NCBI RefSeq assembly: GCF_000143415.4
Contig: NW_003314265.1
Coordinates: forward strand, 2,026,777-2,090,776
Source of the DNA: Selaginella moellendorffii
Lineage: Eukaryota > Plantae > Lycopodiophyta
Reading direction: 5' to 3'
Length of the DNA stretch: 64,000 nt
Position 1 is the first letter of the stretch. Each line of letters opens with the position of its first letter. Both the position numbers and the translations under genes were made by a program. This document shows, in pieces, positions 27,201-40,323 of the stretch. The notes under the pieces are model-generated. The model was not told the origin of the DNA. It searched no databases and was given only the letters and a program-made list of their open reading frames with translations.

Positions 27201-30200
27201 GATCACTTCCATACGAAGCCCGAACGTCTTCCAACCAGTCCGAACTTATTGCTGATATGGCCCGGAATTGAGCTTGACGACTCAATGCATCCGGAACAAC
27301 ATTGTCTTTACCAGGTTTATATATGATTTCAATATCATATCTAGCAAGCTTCTCTTGCGAACGAGCCTGCTTCGGCGTAAGCTTAGGCTGCGTAGCAAAG
27401 TAGCTTAGTGTGTTACTATCTGTATAAACCTTGGTGTGTCCACCCAAGTAGTGTCTCCAGTGTTCCAGGGCCGACACTATAGCAAACATCTCTTTCTCAT
27501 GCATTGGCCATCTTCGTTGGGTTTCATCCAATTTCTTGGAATAGAACGCAACGGGACAACCATGTCGCCTTAGCGTAACACCAACCACTTTGTCACAATC
27601 TTGCTGTAACACGGCACCAATAGCATATCCAGACGCATCACAATGCACTTCGAAGGGTTTATCAAGATCTGGGATCCTGAGAACAGGAACCGTAGTCAAG
27701 ATCTCCTTCAACCGTACAAAAGCACGCTGACAAGCTGGTGTCCAATGAAACGGAATATTACTCTTCGTTAACTCAGTTAACGGAAGAGCAATTCTTGCAA
27801 AATTGCGGACAAACTTGCGATAGTATCCCGCCAAACCGAGAAAGGAACGAACATCTGATACAGTGGTCGGGATTTCCCAGGACTTCACCGCTTCCACTTT
27901 CTTTGGATCGACTTCAATCACGCCACCACCAATTATATGTCCGAGAAAGTTTACACGCAATTGACCAAAAGCGCATTTACTTTCCTTAGCATATAGTTTG
28001 TGTTCGTGCAACTTCTGAAACACCAGCTCCAAGTGTTTCAAATGATCCTCCAATGTCTCGCTGAAGACTAGAACATCGTCGATGTATAGGACAACAAATG
28101 CGTCCAAATAATCTCCGAATATTCTATCCATCATAGTACTGAACGTTGCTGGAGCATTGCATAACCCGAATGGCATGACAAGGAACTCATAAGATCCGTA
28201 CCGAGTCTTAAAGGCTGTCTTCTCCACATCCTGATCCGCCACACGTATCTGATAATACCCGGACCGCAAATCAAGTCGCGTAAAATACTTAGCCTTTAAG
28301 AGTTGGTCAAACAAGTCATCAATGCGAGGCAAAGGATAACTGTTCTTAACCGTGATCTTGTTGAGTGCCCGATAGTCAATACACATCCTCATGGTTCCAT
28401 CCTTTTTCATAACAAAAAGGATTGGTGCTCCATAAGGTGACTTGCTAGGTCGGATATGACCTTTGTCAAGAAGCTCCGTGAGTTGCTTCTTGAGTTCAGC
28501 CATCTCCTTGATGTTCAACCGATACGGAGCTTTCGTGGGTGGTTTAGAACCCGGAATAACCTCAATCCGATGATCAACCTCACGGCTAGGGGGTAGCCCT
28601 GGTGGCAAATCCTTCGGGAAGATATCCTGATTCTGCGCCAACAACTCTAATATCTTCTTTGGTACAGGATCAACCTCGTCGCCAATTCGAACAGAGTCAC
28701 CCACACTCTCAGCTTCCATCACTTGAACCCAAAAGGTCCGACATCCCCTCTTAGTTGCTTTTTGAGCGGCCCTCACAGTCAGGAACTTTCCATCCCAATC
28801 CTTTGAGGAACGCTTTTGCAACTGGAAGGACACATCGGGTCGTCCTTCGGACTTCAACGTGATACGACTTTGTCCAGCACCATAAATCCCTTTCATATAC
28901 TTGTTAAAGAAATCCATACCAAACACCATCTGAAAATCTGGTATCTTCAACACTACCAAGTCCACTCTTTCTTTCCACTTGGATATCTTTATTGGAACAT
29001 CACTCACAAACTTTCTGGCTACTTGCCCACCTTCCGCAAACCGGAAGTGCATAGGCGACATTTGCTCAGCATTCAATCCTAACAACTTAACTAAGTCTTC
29101 GGATATCACGCTGTGCGTAGCTCCCGTGTCAATCATCACTCGGATTCGGTGTCCACGGACAAAGCCTACCAGATACATCAACGGATCAGTGTTTGCATTG
29201 ACTGCAAGAAAAGCTTGAGGAAAGCAACGAAAGTTACTCACCTCTTCTTCCTCATAGTCTGCATTGACCAACTCGTCAACTCCTTCAGCTTCACCACCAC
29301 CGTCTTCCCTCATGACATTGACCCGAGACCTTGTCTTATGCTTGTTGGGACAATCCGAGGACCTATGTCCCGACTCTCCACAATGGAAGCAATGGCCCAC
29401 ACTACCCGTTCCGCTAGGAGCAGGTTTTGCAGGTTACTGCTGCTTGTACCCACCAGGAGGAGGAACAGAGGGCCTAGGACCAGAAGAAGCTGCTGGTGGT
29501 CTCCAACCACCACCACCTTTGTTAACCGTTGCTTGTGAGCCTCCAGGGCGGAACCTACTTTCCACCCTCTGTTTCCGATCACCTTGTTTATTCCCAGAAT
29601 TCCTATTCTTGTCCGAGTTACCAGCATACGGTTGCTGATATTGTTCCATGAGTGAGTGACTAAAGGCAACTTGCTGCACTGCCTCCTTACACTCCAGATA
29701 CGTCTTCGGCTTAAACTTCAAAATCTCATTGCGAGAAAGTGAACTTAAACCCTCCAGAAAATAACTCCGAGCATCTTCGTCACTCATATTTGCAATCATA
29801 ATGCGCTTCTGAGCAAACGCATTAACGTAATGCATGAGATCACCTCGCTGCTTTAACCGCCGCAGCTCCGCGCGAAATCTTAGACCAAGATCATCCGGCA
29901 AGTATTCCTTACGGATACGAGACCGCATCTTGGTCCAACTTCTAGTCTGCCCTTTTTCAGCACACACTTGGCGCCACCAAGTTTTGGCATGATCAGTGAG
30001 AAAGGATTGCGCGCACGCAACTTTCGTACGATCATCTACGTCTGCCGCTATGAAGTAGTTCTCCATATCGTAGACCCAGTCTTCCAAAACCTGATAGTCC
30101 CGCATGCCTCTGAAGTTGGGTGGTTTTGGGGGCTTGAACTTTGAAACTCGTGCAACCGGGGGCGGCTGCAGAACTTCATCATCCTCAGAACTCGAAGAGG

Positions 30201-31570
30201 AGTCCGGTTGCTTAGGCTTAGCTGGTTTAGCTGCTTCAGCCTCTTTCTTCCTCTTCTTGTTCTCCTTCTTCAATTTGCGAATCTCCTTTCGCAAATTCTC
30301 GATCTCGACTTCCTGAGCCATTCGCTGCAGTGCAGCAGCAACCGGCTCTTCCTCTTCTGACTCAGCCTCAGCCTCTTCCGCAGCATCTCTAGCAAGAGTT
30401 TCCTCCTCTTGATTCGCCCGTCTAGAGGTTTCAGCATCATCAGCACGGTTCCTCTTCACCATCCTGCTAGCTGCATGCATGCCTCTATCAGTAACTGAAC
30501 ATGCATACAACGTTCTTACCGAATGGTGCAATCCAACTAATCCTACACAGGTCGCTTCGGATCTACTAGAAAAGTCTCTGCGTATGCAACTTGAGTCAGA
30601 AAATCCGACAAAAGTTGGATAGGAATCGCTGAGACAATTCCTCTGATACCAAATGTAGCGCACCTGAATTTGGAGCCGAACTCCAAGCCCGTTGCGCTAC
30701 AAAATGAGGGTCCGGTACAATCCCACGAGCACCAGCTCCCCGTATCCAGCACCTGCACGCAAAATGGTGTCAGACGGAGTCTGGCACAATTTTGGCATAT
30801 CGGTGGCCTAACGCAAGAAGGGGGGTACTCCACCGACTAGAGCAGCGTGGAGCTTGGGCTTAGACCCAAGCCAGACGTAGAACAAGGAGCGACACAGCCC
30901 AGCGGGAGCCAAACTAATGTCTCAGGTGGTCGGACATGCATTCCAACCACTATCCCTACTATACATTTGGAACCCCCCACAGCCCCCCCCCCTTGAGGGA
31001 CACACGCTTTGGGCTTTCACCCCAAGCCTCCCTTAGTACCAGGAGTTAGTCTCTGGGACAAGTCCGAAACTTACTAAATATGGAATGTCCTTGGATTGCG
31101 AATTTGGACACGGGACGAACACCATTGTGTTCAGGCCGATCTCTACATTCCATAGATATGCCAAATGAGCTAATCTAGACACTTTCCCTAAATAGCATTT
31201 GGGACCGAAATGAGACCAACACAAAGGGTGTGATAGCGAGGGTGTTTGGCAATCACGGTAAGCTATCATCTAGCGAATATTGAGGGATTAATCTCAATAT
31301 CACGGGGGTTCTTGACACTAGCAAGTGCAAGCCAATGACATGAGTTTCTCAAACCAGGCCGAGTATGCTCAGCAAGAAACACATAGGGTTCCTACCTTAT
31401 GTTTATCCGATTTAAGTACACGGTCATTGACCAGTTTCTCAACTAGCTCAAGTGGGAACAATAAAGGGAACCAACTGTACTGACCTTCTGCCGTCATGGC
31501 AGTAAGGAAAGAGTGTCCGTAAGGACTGGCCGACAAGTATCTTTCGATACCTGAAGTCACATTCGCGACA
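24222..31570 (-). mobile_element. Full-length Ty3/gypsy chromovirus LTR retrotransposon (element 1)
   Basis: LTRs 24222-25139 and 30654-31570 (TG..CA, about 15 substitutions + 1 indel). TSD TGAGG at 24217-24221 and 31571-31575. PBS TGGTATCAGAG (tRNA-iMet) at 30641-30651; PPT at 25140-25152. Confidence 0.97.
25747..30480 (-). CDS. Gag-Pol polyprotein of element 1 (gag, zinc knuckle, PR, RT, RNase H, IN, chromodomain), with one in-frame stop at 29434-29436
   Basis: [35 protein letters not shown] plus DDE integrase, and chromodomain YEVEAIL...YLVKWKGYP...TWEP. Gag start codon approximate. Confidence 0.92.
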
Positions 31571-33777
31571 TGAGGAGTCGCACGAGTAACAGAGGGACCT
31601 TGCGCGAATAAGTAAGTGACCCCTTTATCTTTCTTTCAGGAGTATCATCAAGGGGTTTATTAGGCACCAGTTCATTCAGTGTTTATTTTCTAAGCTCATT
31701 TTTATAACAAAAGGTCTTCTATTATTCTCACTGTGTTGGTTGATATAGGTTTGAGTTTATCTTCTATTGCTCGAACTGTTGCCACACGTTGCCGTCTACA
31801 CTTGCATTGTGCGGCGGAACCAGTTTTCATTCTTTATGGCAACGGTTGTACACATGCATGTGCACGAGATGAGGTGAACTTGGTTGTGCGTATGGGCGAT
31901 CTCAAACTTGAGTTGTAATCATTGCGGGTGGTGCCAAGTCAAGCTTTTGACCTCATCCTTGGTATGGATTGGTTTCAGCGTAATTATGCCAAGTGTGACT
32001 TTGAGGCTTCTCCCCTTTGTTTCATACTTCCTTATGTTTCATCCATTCCTCTCACTTTTATACCTTTTTGTCCCTTTACTTTTACCTCTGTTTCCATTAC
32101 TTTTGTTCCCCCACTATTTCCTCTTATGTTTCTGTTTTGTTTTGCTCTTCCCTTTTCCAATCCTCTGACAATTTTTGTGTTGCAGCAGTTGACCAGCTCA
32201 TGAAGGAGTATTTTGATCTCTTTGAATTTGACCTATCATTTGGGGCCAAGATTGTTACACGTCATCCGATTCCAATTAGGGATACTTGTCCAATCAAGGT
32301 TCCTGTTCGTTGTTGGTCACCCAAAGAGATTAAGATTTTATGTGCAAACATCAAAGAGATGTTAGAGAAGGGTGTTATTCAGAAGTTGTGGAGTCCTTGG
32401 GCATGTGATCCTCATCTTGTGACAAAGCATGATGGGAGTATTTGTTTCTACATCGACTATTATCCATTAAATGAAGTGAAGATCCCAGATGTGTACCCTC
32501 TTCCTCACACTGTTGATCTCTTAGATTGTTTGGGGCGAAGTCATTGGTTCACTAAGCTAGATCTTGCTTCTAAGTACTGGCAAATACCGATGGCCGAAGA
32601 AGATATTTTTAAGACTACTTTTTATACACCATTTTATTTGTATGAGTTCTTGGTGATGCCATTTGGTTTGAACAATGCTCTAGCAACTTTCAAGCAGATG
32701 ATGAATAAGGTTCTTTGCAATATGCTAGAGGTGACTATTGACTTCATTAATAATGTTTTGATCCACTTAGAAGGGACATAAGAGGAGCATGTTCGTGATG
32801 TTTGTAAAGTGTTGGATCGACTACAAATGTTAGTTTAAAGCTGAAATGGTCGAAATGTGTATTTGGGTCCAAAAACACAACTTATCTTGGTTACTATATT
32901 TCTTGTGAGGGTTTGCAAGTTGATCTTGACAAACTTATGGCTGTTCTAAAGTTCCCTACTTCAAAGTGTATAAATGATGTGTAACACTTCTTGGGCAAAG
33001 TGCAATATTTTGGTCATTTTGTGGATTATCTTTTTTATCTCACTACACCATTGCAAGTATTGCTGAAATCATCAATGTCATCTTTCATCTAGTCTCCGGA
33101 TTATGAATAGGCGTTCGTGGATTTCAAAGAGCTATTGACAACTCCTTTAGTTCTGTCACGAAGTAGTTCACCTCCACTGGTTGTAATGTATGGTTTATAT
33201 ATGCAATGGGATGCACTGACTGAGCACACTTGGACTCTTTTGTATCAACACACTTCCAAGATCAATATTAGAAGCATTCACGCGCAAAATAAAAAGTCAA
33301 ATATAATCAAGTATACAGTAAGTGTAATATATAATATATTACACTGACTATATATATTATATATCAAAACTTCCTGAATCACTTTGCTTGTACTTTTTCA
33401 GTACTAATACCAACTCTACCATAGCAGCTGTCCTCACCTCAATAATGACATGATGGACATGTGTCATGGGCCATTATGGATGTGCAGAATAAGTATGTAT
33501 GGCTAACCACATTTTGGAAATTATTTGCAGATTCATCCCATCACCTTAGGTGCCGATCAGATGTACATAATAGCAACATATTTATGGTGCCCCAATGAAA
33601 TGTCACCCCATGGCAGACGCAATATTGTGCAGTACGGACTTTTTTCACGCTACACCGGTTTGCTACACCGGTTTACGAATAACACAGGCTCTTATCTCGC
33701 TGTTCACACCTCAATAGTTTAAGAGATGGCCTCAATAGAGGAGGACCTTAGCTCTTCCTTCTCCAAAGTGAATGATA

Positions 33778-34878
33778 ATGGCCGCGCCTTCTATCTATCG
33801 TCTCCAAATTCTGGAGCAGCTCCTCGCCTGCAAGAGCATGTACTTGCCTCAAATTCGCTGCTCGCTGCCATTGCAGTGCCACCCAGACTACGCCTCCGTC
33901 TCCAGACAGGCGAACGATTGGGCCTTTCGCTTCCTCAAGATCAATGCCACCAATGCCGCTGCAGATAAGAAATACTTCACCCAGTGGAGGACGCCACTCT
34001 ACGGCACCTTCGTTGTGCCTTGGGGCGACTCCAGGCACGCTCTAGCGGCCGCCAAGTACACCTGGCTTATCACCATTCTCGACGATGCGGTCGACGAGGA
34101 GCCTTCGCAGCGGGACGAGATCCTGGAAGCTTACATGAGCCTTGCCTCCGGTCAAAGATCCATCGCCCAAGTTCCCAACAAGCCCGTGCTCGTCGCCCAA
34201 GCCGAGCTCGTCCCGGATCTGCGGAAGCTCATGTCGCCGCTCCTCTTCCAGCGGCTGCTCGTCTCGTACAGGAAATTTGTTGGCTGCTACTCGACCAAAG
34301 TCGACGAAGAGGAGTTCACGAAAGAGTCTTACGCTGTGCATCGCCGGGAGGACTTCATTGTCAAGCCGCTGCTTAACTTCTCGCAGATGTGCCTGGGAGT
34401 CGAGCTGAGAGACAAGGATCTGGAAAGCGAGGAGTACCTGCGGGCGATAGATGCCATGTTTGATCATATCTGGCTGGTGAACGACATCTTTTCATTCCCA
34501 AAGGAGCTGAGGAAGAAAACTTTCAAGAACATAATTTTTCTCTTGCTCTTCACGGACCACACCGTTCGCTCTGTTCAGCAGGCAGTCGATAAGGCGAACG
34601 CCATGATTCAGGAAAAAGAACAAGAATTCATGTATTACCACGAGATCCTGACGAGGAAAGCAATGGAATCTGGCAACCACGACTTTCTGGCGTACCTTAG
34701 AGCGATTCCGGCATTCATCCCTGGAAATCTACGTTGGCACTACCTCACAGCTCGGTACCACGGTGTTGATAATCCATTTGTAACAGGAGAGCCATTCAGT
34801 GGGACTTGGTTGTTTCATGATACGCAGACTATCATACTCCCCGAGTACAAACCAACTCATCCCCATCTGCAAGTCTGA
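33778..34878 (+). CDS. MTPSL: Microbial terpene synthase-like protein (MTPSL), copy 2, intronless
   Basis: About 96% amino-acid identity to copy 1; DDxxD, NSE/DTE and RY motifs intact. Confidence 0.93.
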   Translation: MAAPSIYRLQILEQLLACKSMYLPQIRCSLPLQCHPDYASVSRQANDWAFRFLKINATNAAADKKYFTQWRTPLYGTFVVPWGDSRHALAAAKYTWLITILDDAVDEEPSQRDEILEAYMSLASGQRSIAQVPNKPVLVAQAELVPDLRKLMSPLLFQRLLVSYRKFVGCYSTKVDEEEFTKESYAVHRREDFIVKPLLNFSQMCLGVELRDKDLESEEYLRAIDAMFDHIWLVNDIFSFPKELRKKTFKNIIFLLLFTDHTVRSVQQAVDKANAMIQEKEQEFMYYHEILTRKAMESGNHDFLAYLRAIPAFIPGNLRWHYLTARYHGVDNPFVTGEPFSGTWLFHDTQTIILPEYKPTHPHLQV

Positions 34879-35222
34879 ATGAAAAGGCCATGAAATATAA
34901 AACATAAAGCTTCCTGTTAAGATGCATACCAAGCAAAAGAGTTTCGACTACTAGCAAAGCTCACAAAAAGCTACCCGACTCTCATAACCAAATAACACAG
35001 AGCCAGGAACTATCCAGCAGATCCGTGAAACTCTACTAGAATCCAACCCAGTCGAAAAACTTGATATTTTCAAAAGCCTCAATCTGGTTATTTTGAATAT
35101 TGATGAATATTTCCAAGAAGAAAAGTATGAAATGAAGAAGCCACGCTATCTTTTGTAGGGGCTGGCATTCTTTTACAAAACTTGTATCCCCCATATATGC
35201 ATCTATCATTTTGCTCGAGATC

Positions 35223-38085
35223 TTATTGATCTTTCGCGGGTTTGTCGAAGCTGCTGGAGCGGCCGCCCAGGTACTCATTGGGGTCCTCGCTGTGGATCAA
35301 ATCGATGCTGTTTTGCTCCGCACTCGATTGCGACGCGACGTCGTCGTCCACGCCCATCATCGCCAGCGCCAGATGCTTCCTCACCTCGTTGCTCTGGTCC
35401 TTGAATTCGCCCAGGTACTCGTCCGTGAAGTCGTATCGCCCCGAAGGAATCCTGCTATCTTCTCCACACAGCAATCTCAGCACCTGCGACGATCCAAGCC
35501 TTGAATCAAGATGATCGAGGAAGAAGAAAAGAGGGAAACTTTACCCGCGCCATCCGAGGCCTGTACTGTGGTGACTGTCTCAAGCAAAACGTTGCCGCCA
35601 CAACCATGTTTCTCAGCTGGTTCTCGTCAAAGTTTCCTTCCAGTCGCGGATCAACCAGTTTCTCGATGCCTCCACAATCGAGATGTGGTCTTGCCTGAAA
35701 ATTTGGATTTGGAATGATCGAAGAAGAAAGAATATAGATGTAGTGTTTTTGCTTACCCAGGCGACCAAGTTTTCGTCGCCTTTGGGCTTGGACATATCGA
35801 TCGGTGGCCGTCCCGTGACGAGCTCGAGCAAAACCACGCCAAACGAGTAAACGTCCGTCTTGTCGCTCACTCTCCCAAACATGAAGTACTCGGGAGCAAG
35901 ATAGCTACAAAACAAGCCAAGAAAATCAGGAACTTTCGTGTTGGTTCTTGTCCATACCCGAGAGTTCCAACAACATCGCTACAAGTTATGTGCGTCGTCG
36001 AGGTCGGAGCCCATTTAGCCAGTCCAAAGTCCGAAATCTATCCAAGCAAATCAAACAAAATCTCTCCTGCACGAATCCTTTCAGTACCTGTGGCTTGCAG
36101 TTTTTCCTGAGGAGGATGTTTGAAGACTTCACATCCCTGTGGACAACCGGCCTAGCACAAGTGTCGTGGAGGTAAACAAACGCTTCTGCCGCACCAACAG
36201 CAATCTTATGTCTCTGTGACCAGCTTAGCGATGGTTTGTCTTTGCCAACTAAAACAAAAAGAGAGAAATGAGATCCACACCCAAAATCTCAACTTTAGCT
36301 TACCATGGAGATTTTCTTCCAGGTTTCCTTCCGCGGCAAAGTCGTAGACGAGAATGTGGGTGTCTCCCTCGACGCAGTAGCCGATCAATCCCACAATATT
36401 GGGATGATTGAGCGTGCTGAGGATTTCCACTTCGGTGAGAAGCTCCTCGTCCGCCTCGGTTGCTCCCTGATTCAAGCACTTCACAGCCACGACATGGCCA
36501 CCAGAAAGAGTTCCTCGGTAAACTTTGCTGCAGCCTCCTTTCCCGACCAAGTTATCTGGAAAGATCGACAGTTGGTTGTCAGCTGAAACCACCAAAATGT
36601 GATGAGCTTACTCGGAGAAAAGCTTGACGTAGCCTCTTGGAGCTCCTCAAACGTGAAGCAAGCGCAAGCTTTGTCCTTGCAGACGCGACTGATCTTTTGT
36701 GAAAACGAGACTTGGCCGGAAGGTTGGATTGATGCGGCTAGGCTCCGGGGATTATTATCCTCGCTGCTGCTCAATGTGTTTACTTCCTTCACAGGGCTGC
36801 CGCGATGCTTTGCGTGTGGCGAGCCTTTCAAGCGAGGGAGAGAGCTCTCGTGTCGAAGCTGGTCGGGCATTGCTGAGGACGCGAGCATTCGAACCATGTT
36901 TCCACCCTGCTTGTCGAAGGCCTCCTTGAGCCTGTCCGGCAGCTGGAGAGCCCATTTTACTACAGAAATACTTCGTGAAGGTGTGACTTTTTCCAGAGAT
37001 TTTTCCAAAGAGAGACTACGGTTCATGAGAGGCCAACCTGCGTGTTGGTGTTCTTGGCAATGAAGAGATATGTCACCTTGAAGCAAGAAAAAAAAAACAA
37101 AAGTTTTTAAGAAGAACTTCGACTTGAAAGAGATGGAGAACTCACTCTTGGATTGTCCATAGGGTTTGATGGTGTTCACAGTAGCCGGCCCCTCTTTCTT
37201 CGCTACAAAATCGATCATAGTCACTCTGGCTAGAAAACTTTTTGGCCATAGCTAGCTAGGAAATAAAGTTTTACCTGGAGCACTTAGCAAGCCTTCCTTT
37301 CCAAGCAACACTTGGCCATGATCCACAATGATCATCAAGCAGCTGGAAGGCAGCCTCTTGGTGCAGTACTTCACTAGCGACTCGGAGCATCTGTGCAAAG
37401 AAAGGAAAAACTAAGAAACATTCCACCAAGATCGATCATCATAGCATACCCTTTGCTGGACTTCCCGAGGATCAAAACGGATGCTTTCTCGAGCTTGGCG
37501 GACTCGACCAAAGCCTTTTGCAGCGAAGCTCCAGACACCACTTTGATATCCAGGCGGACCTAAGCCAACAAAAAACCTCACATTTTGTGTTTCTCGTTGC
37601 GAGCTCAATGCTCTCGTCATACCTGTTTGAGGTTGCAAATGCTTTGATAAACTCCCAGCACGGACTCGAATGTGCTGTCGAGTCGCTGCTTGATCGATGA
37701 ATCCAGGATATCATCTGTTAGAAGAATCGAAAAAAATCGCTCTTTTAATGAGGAAAATGACAGAGAACGATCTAAACTGAGAGGTCTACCATAGAAGAAC
37801 AAACAAGAGAAAAGAAAGGGAGGCGAATTAGAAGATCATCGAACCTGTGTCGGGGAAGGCTCGAACGACGTGAACAGCAACGATCTGGTCCCCGGGTTGA
37901 GCGAGCTTCGCAACGATCCAGGTGAGCATCTCACGGCACTCGGAGCGCAGCTTGACGCCGACGACAATTCGCGAGGGAGGGGAAGAGGGAGACCTCGGCG
38001 ATGGCAGGGAGTTTTCCACACGCCTCTCGCTCGCCTCCATCGCCGCGGAGCTTGGCTTGAGCTGCATTCGCCTTCTTCCCACCAT
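35223..38085 (-). CDS. Receptor-like cytoplasmic kinase with N-terminal UspA-like domain, multi-exon
   Basis: RIVVGVKL...[20 protein letters not shown] (Usp). Kinase motifs [36 protein letters not shown] and [29 protein letters not shown]. Confidence 0.9.
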
Positions 38086-39129
38086 CGGGAAGAAGGAAGA
38101 GAAAGAAAGGATTTCCCCCCTCTCTGCGTTTTCCTGCTTGGAATCACATGCAAAGAAGCGCAGATCTCTTCTTGGGCAGCTGCTCCTCGATCAAATCACA
38201 CGACCACCATGCCCAATTTCGCGAATTCCCCACGCCAAAACGCTTTCTTGCTCGCAAAAACGCTCATGATCGCTACAGCCTCGGTGTGTCTCTTACTCTT
38301 AACGCCCTCTTTGCCCTCATCGAGTTCTTTCCCTCGTTCTTGGTGATCAATCCTTTCCAAAATCTACCCCAATTCCAGACAAACCACGCACTTCCCTGAT
38401 GTTGCCACACGATCCACCCGAATCGACGAAACCGACCCGCGGATTTATGTGGGAAGAAATTTGGCGAGCCAACCACGAAATTGACACCCCGGCCCGCGCT
38501 GCTCGCTCGCTCTTCAACCTCGCAGCTCCTCCATCGCTATCAGGGATCAGTGATTGCAAATAGTCGCGCTGAAAAAGAAAACCAAGACTCTTCCTAGTCA
38601 ATCGATCGCTCGCTCTCGCGCTCTCGAGGATCGCTGCTCTTCGCTCGCTTCTCCAGGAGAGGACAGTGAATGCAAAGCCCTCCCTACCTTCCTTCCCAAC
38701 CAACTTGAAAGAGCTTGAATGCGCTGCTCACTTTCTTTACCTTTCTTTTCTTTGCCTCTCAATCTCTTTCGTTTGCATGCGTCATACGCAAACTCGATTT
38801 TTTTTCTTTGTTATTCTTCTACACCACCACCATTTGGATGGAATTCCGGTCAAGTCCTTGGTCATAAGTAGTCACACAGGCTCAGTTACCCAGCTCACCT
38901 TAGGTTGCATTGGCTTAAAGGAGCGGCCACAAAACAACCACTAAAGCCCATACATGGTTGGTAATAATCGCTTTTCACTTTGCCTTTCTTAACATTCCAA
39001 AAGGGGTAGATTTGGAATTTACCATCTTTGGTAGAGACACGTCAGCCCTCGTGTATGCCAGCTGGAGGTATATGTGGCGCCACTTAAGCTGCACACGTGG
39101 CTGCCTAGGGCATACTAGCGCGAAAGATT

Positions 39130-40057
39130 ATGGATGTGAGCTCATTGGGAGCGGCGAGGCAGCTGATCCGGCGCGGCGACGATCGTCTCCCGCGGCATTT
39201 CGGGCAGGGATTGAGGGGGAGGGTGATTGTGCGCGCTGGGGGCGAAGGAGGGAATCAGGGTTTTGCGGGAGCTGCGGTGCAGCAAATGGCGGGGTCTGGA
39301 GGATCGAGGGATGGGATCGTGATTGTGGATCATGGCTCGCGCCGGGCGGAATCGAATTCGATGCTGGGTAAGGCGCTCTTCATCTCTTTGCCGCGCTTTT
39401 ATGGAAATTTCGCGAGCGCATTGTAGAGGAGTTTGTAGAGATGTACAAGAGGAAGACCGGGCATGAGATCGTGCAAGCTGCTCATATGGTATGATTTTTC
39501 TTGTCTAGCGACTGAGGGGGAACATTTCTTTGTTCTTGCAGGAACTTGCAGCTCCATCGATCGAGGATGCGTTTGATCGCTGCGTGGAGCTAGGAGCGCA
39601 GAGGGTCATCGTAAGTCCATACTTTCTCTTCCCAGGAAGACACTGGAACAAAGTAAGAAACACTTTTTGGTGGAAAAAGGTCCACTCTCTCACGATCAAC
39701 AGGACATTCCAGCATTAGCAGCAGCGGCGTCCGCAAAGCATCCCGGAATTCGATATCTCGTGACTGCTCCCATCGGCCTTCACGAACTCATGGTGGTAAG
39801 CTTCCAAAAGCAAGCTCTTTTCTTTCTTTTCTTTTCTTGGCCCTTGGTACTGATACTCCTAGCGATTGAATCAATGCTTGTGACAGGATGTTTTGGAGGA
39901 CCGAATGAAATACTGCGTGAGCCGTGCCGAGGGACGAGCCGACGAATGCGACATGTGTGTTGGAACTGGACGATGTCGTGAGATCGCCGTGGTCCAGCGA
40001 AAACAAGAGCAAAACCACCAAGTCAGTGTATTCTATTTTGTTTCCATCGTGCCTTGA
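39130..40057 (+). CDS. SIRB: Sirohydrochlorin ferrochelatase (CbiX/SirB family), plastid
   Basis: GIVIVDHGSRRAESN, AHMELAAPSI, VSPYFLFPGRHW, TAPIGLH, and the C-terminal Cys cluster ECDMCVGTGRC. The 3' end may splice further. Confidence 0.92.
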
Positions 40058-40249
40058 AAGCATTCTCTTTCTTTCGATCAGATTGGACTGGAAAGCTCCA
40101 TCTCTCCGAATGCATCATAAAATACCAGGTACGCTCTCTCAAGTCTTCTCATTCGCGATTCCTTTCTTAACAAGCAAGAATTTTTTTTTCAAAGTTCCAA
40201 GAGCCCAAACAAAGGGTGGAATGAAATAAACTGGGCAATATTTCATAAA

Positions 40250-40323
40250 TCCATTGTCGTCTAGTCCGGTCAGGATACCTGGCTTTCACCCAGGCGACCC
40301 GGGTTCAAATCCCGGCAATGGAA
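40250..40323 (+). tRNA. trnE-UUC: tRNA-Glu (TTC)
   Basis: Acceptor stem TCCATTG/CAATGGA, anticodon arm CCTGG-CTTTCAC-CCAGG, T arm CCGGG-TTCAAAT-CCCGG, followed by a T-rich terminator. Confidence 0.93.

Larger units (their letters stand above)
22907..33160 (+). mobile_element. Degenerate Ty3/gypsy element (gag, protease, RT remnants) split by a younger nested insertion
   Basis: Candidate short LTR 22907-23069 (TG..CA), then TGGTGGAG PBS-like. Gag remnant LRQGPFESV...PMEVD...CWVCDEVGH. After the insertion: VLVDIG, DLILGMDWF, and RT SPWA...YPLP...LDLASKYWQI...MPFGLNNA. Many stops; no 3' LTR seen. Confidence 0.8.

Noticed and set aside
31611-31639. GTAAGT...TTTCAG mini-intron in the old gypsy element
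   Set aside because: Only about 28 nt, and the surrounding frame is too decayed to show restoration of any motif.
33154-33450. TGTCA...TGACA-bounded segment as a solo LTR
   Set aside because: No matching target-site duplication and no second copy in the window.
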